Assembly: GCF_902652985.1 (NCBI RefSeq)
Contig: NC_047016.1
Span: forward strand, 26,536,001 to 26,600,000
Origin: Pecten maximus
Taxonomy: Eukaryota
Direction: 5' to 3'
Length of the DNA stretch: 64,000 nucleotides
The number at the start of each line of letters is the position of its first letter. Position 1 is the stretch's first letter. The notes below the pieces were generated by a model, which was not told the DNA's origin, ran no database searches, and saw only the letters and a program-made list of their open reading frames with translations. The translations under genes were made by a program, and so were the position numbers. This document shows, piece by piece, positions 41,779-53,400 of this stretch.

Positions 41779-42126
41779 CTGATAGAAAGAGAGGAAATGT
41801 ACATGTAAAGTGTGAATACTATGTAAGGAAATATCAGAAACATGGATGCGTTAACCCCATTACTTGTTACTCTACCCCAGTGAACTTTTGAAAAGTCATT
41901 TAGTCTTATATTACTACATGTAGAACTATATATTTTAGTGCATCTAATCTATACTATAACAAGGTAATATTCTAGTGTTATTAACAAACATAAAGAGAGA
42001 TTACAATAAAAAAAAGAAAAAAAAAATAAGATAAAAAAGCAAAACAAAAAAAAACTAACTCGACAAACCCTTAAAAAGCATCAAATTATCAAAATATGAC
42101 TTCACAAACTTTTTAATAACATATAC

Positions 42127-42321
42127 TCTGATAAGTTTGAAGCACTCCGCCGTAATGGCGTGTTGGATCCTACAGATAAGGAATCCTTTGGTTTCCTTGT
42201 GGAGGACCGCCGGGGTCATTCCTACGTCCGAAAGGATCTGACATGTCCGTCCAGTGATGTCCTTGTCTGTCCAGGGTGCAGGCACCACCTCCACAAATGG
42301 CAGGAAATATGGCGGGTTTAG
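42127..42321 (-). CDS. CRYL1: CRYL1-like exon 4
   Basis: Encodes LNPPYFLPFVEVVPAPWT...GFLICRIQHAITAECFKLIR. cag|...|gtatat junctions. Confidence 0.93.
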
Positions 42322-42729
42322 CTGGAGAGTACAAATCACCATAAAAATATAAATTGTATATGTATGTGCATAGACATTTTATGTCTTGACCGTGCTTCAC
42401 TCATAGGGGATGTCTATATTTTATATACGCTTTCAATTAATTATTTGGTTCAAATGTAAGCGAAGCATCAATTGATATATCTTCATGTTTTGCTGGCTTT
42501 GACACTCTGGTTAAAGTAAGATGGTTCTGTTATGCTTTTGTTTTTCTGAAAACATCAACACTCAAAATGATTCCATAACCACATCGTGTAGCGTGTAGCC
42601 ATGCCTTGATTATCATTATAACTTGCAGTACGAAGTCATACCTGTATGCCCGTATACTATTGTATCAAACAGAAAATGTCCATCTAGTATGCTTTAATTA
42701 GTAACAGATATAAAGGATGTCAATCATAC

Positions 42730-42894
42730 CGGGTGGGTTACTATGACCTGTCGTTTATGTTGCATGCCCTCTGACAGTACAGAAGCGAAAATGGAAGACG
42801 TTGAACTCGCAATGATGACATCATCGCCATCGACATAGAGGTCTATCTGGCTGAGCACACTTCTCTTGATGTGCAGCCGTTCAGGGACACATTC
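42730..42894 (-). CDS. CRYL1: CRYL1-like exon 3
   Basis: Encodes ECVPERLHIK...IIASSTSS...VTHP (catalytic Ser and His region). Phase 0/0 with GT-AG junctions. Missed by the ORF track. Confidence 0.93.
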
Positions 42895-43460
42895 CTAGAG
42901 AGAAATATAGATAATTTAACTTGTTATGCTGTTGTTCCATAAATACATGTTGTTTTCCTGTATGGTACAACGCAAACAGAACATGCTGCTGTTTAAAAGC
43001 GATATTCCAGAAAAGTTTCAAAATGTCTTGCTGTCAAAAAATATCTTTTCTGTCGTCAGTTTGAATGAGCGAAAGCAATGAAAATAAATTCATTTGCATA
43101 ACGCTTTACTGCTCATTTACATACAAATACATGATACATATGGAGAATGGAAAAAGATCGCGATAACCGACGCGGAAGTAAATCGGGAAGGCTTCGAAAA
43201 TCGTCATATGGGATTTTCATAAGAACTAAAGTAGTCATTTCTGTACATTTTTGTAACAGAATAAGTCTCGAGAACTACTAGCTTGTCGGGTATATCCCCT
43301 TAGTAGTAATTCTCTAGACAGGTATAGCAATATATTTATACACAAAATTTAGACACACCTATGTAACTGTCGCTCTGATAAAAACAAGTCTGATAACGGG
43401 ATTGATATTAATCCATCATGTGTTACAGATATACTTAATATGTAATAGAGGAAAATGTAC

Positions 43461-43695
43461 CATAACAAAACTAGCGCCAGACACACATTCCTTGGCGGAG
43501 GAGCACCCCCTGATCCTAGAAATCTGATCCGCCGCTGAATCCGAGCCTTTCAGAATCCCATCCTGTTCATATTGTTCCAGCGTTTGTTTTACCGCCATCA
43601 ATGCACTTTGTAGCTGATCTTTGTCATTGTCGAAAATTCTTACGTTGCAACCACCAGAAGCGAATACCATTGCCCAATTCCGGCCAATTATACCA
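43461..43695 (-). CDS. CRYL1: CRYL1-like exon 2 (NAD-binding domain)
   Basis: Encodes GIIGRNWAMVFASGGCNVRIFD...GASFVM. ag|...|gtacat junctions. Confidence 0.93.
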
Positions 43696-44163
43696 CTTGA
43701 AAGAGAGCAAAAATGATTTCACAATAATGGATTAATACTGTGCCTGAGTTAACGGCATTCTATATTTGTTTTTAATTCCGTTTACAAAACGTAGTTCTAT
43801 AATCACAATCATTTATTGTCTGTGCAGATCAATCATTTATTCAAGTATTATATATTTATTTTACGTGTATATTAATCTACATATGCCATTATTAACTAGT
43901 ACCTGTGTTCAATTATGTATTAAGTAACCAAGCTTGTTATTTCACACCTTTTTAACCACTCAGTTAAATGTTCAAATCAAATAGACAAAAACGTAACATG
44001 TCCATCGTGCCATAATTGAATTCGGAGCTATAGTGCTTATTGGACATTTCGATCAAACCTCAAACATATATTGTAATTGGAAATTCCTCGGATGCCAATC
44101 AAGTACCATTTCATATTCATAACAAACTACTCTTGACGAAATAAACAAAACTGACATTAGTAC

Positions 44164-44204
44164 CTGCCAATAATGGCGACTTGATGTCCCTGTCTGGCTG
44201 CCAT
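44164..44204 (-). CDS. CRYL1: Lambda-crystallin / L-gulonate 3-dehydrogenase-like, exon 1
   Basis: Encodes MAARQGHQVAIIG with an AG|gtacta phase-2 donor. Completes the Rossmann motif GSGIIG with the next exon. Confidence 0.88.
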
Positions 44205-44584
44205 TTCGGTAGATTTGCTAGAGAATAAAGATAAGGTTTGTACATATGTATGTAGGCCTTGACCGTCTTGTTATCTGACTGCGAGACAAACTCTTTGGAA
44301 TGCTGGTACACTGAGAGCTAGCTATTTTAAAAACCTGTATGGAAACTGATTATGTCAGTTTGGGTAGATAAAGTCCGATTATTATACACAACATGCACGC
44401 CCTTTCCCTGCTCCTGCACGGTTGCCCATTGGCATGAATCGATACTTATATAGTAGTCATTAAAAAAACCCAGAGCATATCGACATACATGGAATAGCAA
44501 AAACGTAATTTTAAGTCAAAATCGATTGAACAAGGGCAAAATGTGAACAAAATTTAGAATTTCATGGAGAAAAAGTTCAAGAAT

Positions 44585-44860
44585 AAAACCAGGTGTTCAA
44601 GTAGTGTAAACGTCTTCTGTTTCACCAACGAGACCCGTTATACAAATCTAGGTCAAATCCGAGTTAAGTCATATTCTCAAAATGAGTAGTGTGGTGACAG
44701 TAGAATCACTAGGCATAACTATAAGTATCAATCACGTCTCACTTTATATCGCATAATGAAATATGATTTTCCAAATTATATCAAAATGTCGATCCCAAAA
44801 CGTTTCCATGGTCTTTCATGCAACACGCGTCGTTCGAAATCTTGTGCTGTTAATACAGTA
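44585..44860 (-). mobile_element. Penelope-like element 3' fragment
   Basis: The reverse complement AACAGCACAAGATTTCGAACGACGC...AAAGACCATG...TCGACAT aligns with 14023-14088 and continues into the shared 3' segment. Confidence 0.65.
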
Positions 44861-46574
44861 ATATGTAGATAAATACCGGCAGTTTTCATTCATATCAGGC
44901 ATTACCTTGTCACCGAGGTCAACACTTGAACAAGTTTCCTGTTGTGTGTGGGGGATGGAGGAAGGGGGCTTATAAAGGGTTGTTCCAATTGGCTGTCGTG
45001 GCTCAGTTGTATACTGTGGGTGCAATTATAGTGTAAATGAAGCATTTGGAACAATTCAACCAAACTTCATAATATTTCTTCGTTTCAAGCATTAAATCTA
45101 GCTGAACCATTTAAATTTCCTCGCATAGTAAAACCTTCTAAAATTCACATGTTTTGTTAATTATTAAAATTTCTCATTTCACCTTTTATTGTTTTTTTTT
45201 GTTTTGTTTTTTATATTTTTAGACACAGTGTCTATTATACCGGGGTACTGGCACTAAACGATTTTCGTATGTATACAGCAATCGGAGACATTTATACTAT
45301 TGTCTCGTTAATTTCTCGTTTCTTATTTTAAATCAACCTTTAGGTTACAGTCTGTGGAACTATATACTAACAACACCGTACTTTGGGATGTCGTTGTTTG
45401 GTTCTGTTCATCGTAACTTATGTTATTTATGCTTTTTTATACTTATTGTCATGAGTACGAAACATTCCGATTAGCCACTTTACATGTTTTTACGTTTTTT
45501 TTTTTTTTTTTGCTTGTTTTTGTTTATTGGTTTGTTTGTTTTCTTTACAGAATGTAACAATAGAGTTGTGCTTTGACAGAGTGGCTGGTTGCCTCGAACC
45601 GAACTTTTGCATTGACGCTGTTTCTGTAACGGATTATACCGTCGTTTTTACTTTCTAAACTCCATACTATATATGTTTGTATACATCTAATGGAAAAGTG
45701 GCTACAGTTTGTTTTTACATACCTAACATAACATTAGGATCATAATACAATACCATGAATCATAATCGGTGAGTATTACCAAACAACAAAATACAAGTGA
45801 AATGGTTAGAACAGTTTATTTTTTAACAAAATGAAATTTAAAATTCGTTGTAACGTATATGCGAACTAATCAATATAAAAGTGTATAATTTTTATGATCT
45901 AAATTTACTTTTACACTTGTTTACTGAAAAAGTTGTTACTTTCAAAAATTTTGATATTTCGCTGAATGCAAAATAGACTAATTTTGCGAAACATGAATGC
46001 GTTACAAACATACTGTACTCAATAAAGAATTATGATTTGTTTCATAATTTCAACAAAAACAGACATTCCTTTTCTTCAAATGTTATATATAAACAAATGT
46101 TGCATTAAAAAAACAGCCATTACAGTACCGCATGTGTAGAAGTGACCTGTTGTTGTTCAATGGAATGAATTATACACTCAGTACCATAAGTCAACATTAT
46201 TTTTATAAGCACTTTTATGAAATATTTTCATGTTCCACTCATGTTCCACATATGCTGTAGTTTAAAACATAAAAAGACAATTTGCTATGCATTTTACACA
46301 GATATAGTCAAATTAGAGTAGCTTGAGTATTAGAAATAGACATAAACGTGAGACAACACAGAAATAAACAAATATCCAGTTGATGTAGTGGAGTAATTTT
46401 GTGGTATACGGGGTGCATCTACGATGGTTTGTGCCATGACTTTACAAAAAAAAAAACTATATGGAACGAATGTGCCCATCGACATTTCCTTATAACACGA
46501 TGTTTTAAAAAGCTGGTGTGTAGAATACCGTCACACCGTTCATTAATATATGAAAACACGCGATTAAAAATGTT

Positions 46575-47860
46575 GAGTACACATGTTACACCTACAAAAA
46601 TAATGTGGAGTAAACATGTTACACCTACAAAAATAATGTGGAGCATACATGTTACACCTACAAAAATAATGTGGAGTAAACATGTTACACCTACAAAATT
46701 AACGTGGAGTACACATGTTACACCTACACAAATAATGTGGAGTACACATGTTACACCTACAAAAATAATGTGGAGTAAACATGTTACACCTACAAAAATA
46801 ATGTGGAGCACACATGTTACACCTACAAAAATAATGTGGAGTACACATGTTATACATACATAAATAATGTGGAGTACACATGTTACACCTACAAAAATAA
46901 TGTGGAGTACACATGTTACACCTACAAAAATAATGTGGAGTACACATGTTACACCTACAAAAATAATGTGAAGTACACATGTTATACCTACAAAAATGAT
47001 GTGGAGTTCACATGTTACACCTACAAAAAATGATGTGGAGTACACATGTTACACCTACAGAAATAATGTGGAGTACACATGTTATACCTACAAAAATAAT
47101 GTGGAGTACACATGTTACACCTACAAAAATAATGTGGAGTACACATGTTACACCTACAAAAATAATGTGGAGTACACATGTTACACCTACAAAAATAATG
47201 TGGAGTACACATGTTACACCTACACAAATAATGTGGAGTACACATGTTATACCTACAAAAATGATGTGGAGTTCACATGTTACACCTACAAAAATGATGT
47301 GGAGTACACATGTTACACCTACAGAAATAATGTGGAGTACACATGTTATACCTACAAAAATGATGTGGAGTACACATGTTACACCTACAAAAATAATGTG
47401 GAGTACACATGTTACACCTACAAAAATAATGTGGAGTACACATGTTACAGCTACAAAAATAATGTGGAATACACATGTTACACCTACAAAAATAAGGTGG
47501 AGTACACATGTTACACCTACAAAAATAATGTGGAGTACACATGTTACACCTACACAAATAATGTGGAGTACACATGTTACACCTACAAAATTAATGTGGA
47601 GTACACATGTTACACCTACAAAAATAACGTGGAGTACACATGTTACACCTACAAAATTAACGTGGAGTACACATGTTATACCTACAAAAATAATGTGGAG
47701 TACACATGTTACACCTACAGAAATAATGTGGAGTACACATGTTACACCTACAAAAATGATGTGGAGTACACATGTTACACCTACAAAAATAACGTGGAGT
47801 ACACATGTTACACCTACAAAAATAATGTGGAGTACACATGTTATACCTACAAAAATAATG
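46575..47860. repeat. 33-bp minisatellite (AATAATGTGGAGTACACATGTTACACCTACAAA)n, ~39 copies
   Basis: Period read directly. The unit length is a multiple of 3, which explains the repetitive ORFs. Confidence 0.97.
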
Positions 47861-48269
47861 TTCGCGTATACAATACATTTGTTTTTGACCGTTTATCTAA
47901 ATAGGTTCGGTGCGTTTTCTTGAGCTATATTGGTTTTACTATTTATCTCTTATTTTAACCCCTATGGAATACAGCATCTATATATACCATACTCAAAATA
48001 TCAACTCGATATCTTTGTAGATCTTACATATCTAAATATATATAAGGCAAATTCACTAATAAATCGTGTTTGTAAAACATAATTGAAAAATACTTATGCA
48101 ACCATACATGAGACAATGACTAATCTCTCTTAACATCTCGAAGTATTGTTATCTTATAATTCAAGACTTTTCAACTGATATATGGATTTCTTTGCATATA
48201 TCTGATGTGGCACAAGTCATAAATCAGCTTAAAAGTCACCAGGTATCACAGAATTACATGTCATCATAG

Positions 48270-48880
48270 TATACAAATGATCTCCTACAACAGTATCAAA
48301 TATTATCATCGTATCAGTGTAAAAGTTGTCTGCTACAACAGTATCAAATATTATCAGTGTAACAGTTGTCTGCTACAACAGTATCAAGTATTACCACAGT
48401 GTAAAAGTTGTCTGCTACAACAGTATCAAATATTGTCATCGCATCACAGTTTAAAAGTTATCTGCTACAACAGTATCAAGTATTATCACAGTGTAAAAGT
48501 TGTCTGCTACAACAGTATCAAATATTATCATCGTATCACAGTGTAAAAGTTATCTGCTTTACAGTATCACATACTAGCATCGTATCACAGTGTAAAAGTT
48601 GTCTGCTACAACAGTACCACATACTAGCATCGTATAACAGTATACAAGTTGTCTCCTATAGTTAACATCATATCACAGTGTACAAGTATTTCCTACAACA
48701 GTATCGAACTTTATCATCGTATAACCGTAAAAGTTGTCTCCTACAACAGTATAGAACTTTACCATCATATCACAGTACAAGTGTCTCCTACAGCATTATA
48801 AGGCATTATCATCGTATCACATTGTACAAGGTGTCTCCCACAACAGTATCGAATTTTACCATCGTATCACAGTATGCACG
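48270..48880. repeat. Degenerate ~41-50-bp tandem repeat (GTGTAAAAGTTGTCTGCTACAACAGTATCA core)
   Basis: Recurring core with variable-length tails. Confidence 0.85.
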
Positions 48881-49810
48881 TTGTCTATTATCAATTGTTG
48901 CCATCATACATAACATAGTGCTATATAAAAATGATAATGATATTGGAACGATACTTCAGAAACTGAATATTCATTGAGAATATTTATGTGAGTATTGATT
49001 ACATGTACAAATGTATGTATAACTTACATTTCACGTTTACAATGTGTTAATAGCAATAAACATAAGTGAAAGGAATGTAAAACAATGGTATGCATTAATA
49101 AATTAAACAATTGGTAAATACAATTGAATGTAAAAGAATGATTTCCATATTACTTTAAGTATTTAAGTGCACTTACGTTAAATATAAATTGTGAAAGGTT
49201 CGCAGACAAATTGTCTTCAGGTAAATTTGACTTGAAAAAATGGTGTTTTTTTTTTTTTTATGTCAAATTCGTTTTAATTTCATGTCAATTTCTTGACATG
49301 AATTGACAACTCTGCCCATTTCGTGCCATTTTTACCTGGAAATATTGACCTGAATTTTACCAGAATGAATTAACCTGAATTGACATATAGACATTTTGCC
49401 TGTGTAGTAAACAAATTAATATACATGTATAATATATGCTAGATAAAAAGTTGTGTGCATGATTGTATAGTATGGTAGGAAAGTGTGTATACATTTAGCG
49501 ATGAAATCTCAAGCATGAAATGTCGTACAAAAGTACCACAGGTAGTTAAGGGGCATCTAAACAGCAACTCGAATTAAAACCGTGACATTTCACAAGCCTT
49601 TAAATTCCTTCAATGGTGCAATTTAAGAGAAATAACTTTAGTTTGTACCATTACAAACCGTGGAACTTGCTGTTGACATGTAATTTGTTAAGGTGTTTGT
49701 AAATATAAACAAAACATTCGAAAAATGGCTGTTGCAGGGGGGGGGGGGGGGGGGGGATAATTAGCGCTATTGTATCACATATATGGCACAAAACAGCCAT
49801 ATTGTTTTGC

Positions 49811-50239
49811 TCACAGGTGTCTAAAACACAAAATAGAAGCATTGGTTTGATCATATTTGTCTTTATAAGATGTATAAACACTTTTTTTCTTGACCTTGAA
49901 ATGCAAATGGCGGTTAAGAAATATTTAACACAAAAATGGCATACAAAGAGGTATTTCAAACATAAAAAATGCTCGTATTAGAAACTACATGTATATTGAG
50001 TTTGGGGTAAAATATGCATATTTCTGAAAAAGGCCTCAAACTCGCCAGTTTGACAATCTTATCTTTTACTGTGATCAGATTCCTAGAAGTATGATATAGG
50101 GGGCATTTTTATTGATTGAAATGCCTCTCTTTATGCCATGTTTTTGTAATATTATTCTTAGCCGCCATTAGCATTTCAAGGTTTCAGAGTCGAATCCAGT
50201 CAAACAAATGCTCCTACCCTGTGCTATAGATACTTGTGA
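49811..50239. repeat. Foldback inverted repeat (arms ~49811-49973 and ~50103-50239), probable old MITE
   Basis: ACCTTGAAATGCAAATGGCGGTTAAGAA...AAAAATGC is mirrored by GCATTTTT...TTCTTAGCCGCCATTAGCATTTCAAGGT. Confidence 0.8.
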
Positions 50240-50481
50240 CCATACAAGCAAAGTTACTTTTCAGGATTAGTTAATTGTGTGACTTAAAATTCTTCCATGT
50301 TACATCTTACCATAAAGTCACTCTACAGAAAAACTATTAAGATCTAAAGGAAATTATTGTCAATTTTAAGAAACTACATGTTCAGACAAACATTTTGGTA
50401 TATTACATGACTTGTTCATATGATATTATCGCTCAATTCCTACGTCACTCCAACACATTCCCGCGTATAATTAATGTAGTT

Positions 50482-53400
50482 TTACTGATCCATCCGCTTT
50501 TCCATTTTTGATAAAATAGTCAAAATTTCCTCATATTTGTGACTTGCCTCTATAGAACGTTGTTCGGCAATTCTTATGCGATCGTCAACTTCCTGCATCT
50601 GCTTCTCCAAAGCGCTTGTTAATCTCCCAGCTGATTTCTCATCCGTTTCATCTGGTCTGTGTGCATCGAGGGTCTTTGAATTGGTCACTAAATACCACCT
50701 TTCGTCCTCGTCGTCTCCATGTTTGTTTCCGATACCGATCCTCAGTCGCTCGATATATATTCTTCCAAATATGCCAGGAAACCACGGAAACATATTCTCG
50801 ATTCCAATTCCTATTTGAACAGATTCCACACGCCATGTGACTTTCTGGTGCCGAAGGATATCTGAATAGGAGTCATTCATCATTGCGATGAGTAAATTCA
50901 GCAAGATGATTGTCGAGAGCAAAATATATAAAATATATATTGCTTTTGCAAATGTTGCAGTCCGTCCAACGCTTTCCATCCCTGATTCAATTGTCCCGTC
51001 AAATAATTCCGCCATACCGATCATCATGTTAAAGGCTAAAAATATAGTTTCAAATGGATCTGTGTAAGTGTTCACGATGGATGTAGAAATCTGAAAGAGG
51101 GTATGAAGAGCAAAACTAAACGCCAAGAGTACGAACGAAAAAAATATCAGAAAACGAAATACATCTCTCATGATCATGTTCACTAACATTTTGAAAAAAT
51201 AGTGGATGCCTTTAAAACCTCTTGTAAACGATATAGACAGCATCCAACCTAAACACAAGCACACAGACAAGACATAATCGTGATTGGTGTTTCGAATTGA
51301 AATCAAAATGATCCAGGAAAATACCAGGCTTGCAAACATAATCACGAAAATCAGTGTCAATAACATCCGCATGTTTGGCAGTTCGCGACGACACAAATTT
51401 CTACAAATGTCCAACATAACGTATAAAAGACCGATTGCAGGTTCTAAAGGAACAATGGCGTATGCGGCAATCAAGACTGGATCCGTGTCTGAGAGGGGTG
51501 TGCCATTCGCATGGTCACGGAATTTTGAAGCGATTTCTATACCGACGTAAGAAAATACACTCATGTAAAGAATGTGCAGAATCATGAAAAATCCGTACGC
51601 CCATGCACATATCGCCGTGTACATTCTTTCGATCTGTCGAACCGGTGGAATATCAAGCACATGGGAAGCTCGTCCTTTGACCTCCAACGTCATAAGGAGA
51701 TCGATATGTGAATTGGAATGCTGAACTCTTGCTGACGTACAGTTGCAACATTTGCTGAGGTTGTGATTGGTTGTTGGAGTAAGATGGGTGATGTCAAAGT
51801 AGATATTTTCATCCCTCTGAAACATCATTACATCTGGCATGGTTAGGATTCGATTCAAAAACTTGTGTGAGCCAACCTTATACGCGTATCCTAACACAGA
51901 AAGATTTTGTTTGTTTGAGTAATCATTGACCAAAGACAAGAGTGCTTTTCGCTGTAACTGCTTAAAAAGGGATTCATTCTCTCCTGGGTACAGTATTCCG
52001 TGATGATTACACCACCATCTAACAGAATCGAAGATAATTGTTTCCATCACTCGTTCTATGGCCTTTGAATCACTTTTGCTCTCTGCCATATCCCTGACAA
52101 GTCTGTGAAGAACAGTGTTACCGTCTTTGTCAGCACAAGTCAGATCTGCTCCATAAAATATCAGCCTGGTTATACTATCAGAAAATCCCGCAGATGCAGC
52201 TAAGTGCAGCACACTTTCAGATTTCTTATTAAGCGTATTAATATCAGCATCTCTCTGCATATTCTCGTAGATATCTAAAGCAGTTTCCAAAACCTCATGT
52301 TTCCCTGAAATCACTGCCTCATGAAGGGGTGTATTTCCCTCCTTGTCAACATCTTTGAATCTGACAAATCTCCATTCCCATAGGACATCTGGTTCCGCAG
52401 ATAAACCAGCAATGTGAAGTGCGTTGTTGCCCTCGTTGTCTGTAGCATTAACGCTTTCCCAGTCGTGTGATTTGATTGTATGTTCAACAAGAGCTCGTGC
52501 GATCTCCGGGGTTGTTTTATTTGACGACGCTGCCACGTGGAGGGCAGTTTCCCCTTTCAAGTTACCTACGTTTGTTTTCGCCTTTCTCTCCATCAGTTCT
52601 AATACAGCGTCATGGCTCCCCCTTCTGCAGGCAATATGCATAGCTGTTTCCTTAACGTTGTTCTGAGCATCGATGCTGACCTTTTTGTGAAAATGTTTAA
52701 TTACATTACCTTGGTTGTTTATCGCAGCATGATGGATAAATGTATTTCCGTCTACGTCTGTTTCCTCGGGATCAACCCTCATCTTTAGAAGGATTTTGAT
52801 CATTGCACAATTTCCAAGACTTGCAGCGATACACAGGGGTGATTTTACATTTTTGTTGTTTGATCTGAGATTATTATAGTGTTCGGTCAAAGCTCTCAGA
52901 ACTATGTCGTTGTGTTGGGTCATTGCGTAGTACCAGGAGTCAAACCCAAAGTGGTTCTTGTGATACATATCAGCACCACATCCAAGAAGATATCTCACAA
53001 CATCTGCGTGACCGTTTTGTGCTGCCAGTGTTAGAGATCGCTCGCCCTTTTCGTCCTGTGCAATAAGGTCTGCATTTCTGTCCAGCAATGTCTGGACCAC
53101 ATCCAGGTGTCCCTCCTTTGCCGCGTGATGCAAAGGAGTTTCTCCTCCTCTGATAGTAATATTGACGTCAGCTCCATTGTCGATTAACACCTTGACGATT
53201 TCGTTGTTTCCTAACGCCGACGCCATAACAATTGGAGCCACAAGTCCCAACAATCTAGTCTGATTTGGATTGGCTTTGCCTTTCTCCAGCAATATCACCA
53301 CAGTATCTATCAGTTGATATCGGACTGCCCAATACAACGCGGTCGATTTTTTGTCGTTTTCCAAACTCACATCAGCTTTTCTCTCAATGAGAAATTCAAC

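Noticed and set aside
46399-47923. ~300-aa Cys/Tyr/Thr-rich ORFs (KNNVEYTCYTY / KIMWSTHVTPT) resembling structural proteins
   Set aside because: By-product of a 33-bp unit that is open in several frames on both strands. A 1-bp insertion near 47025 shifts the frame, and there is no signal peptide or splice support.
50576-52666. Small antisense and alternative-frame ORFs within the TRP exon
   Set aside because: Shadow ORFs of a long coding sequence, with no independent evidence.
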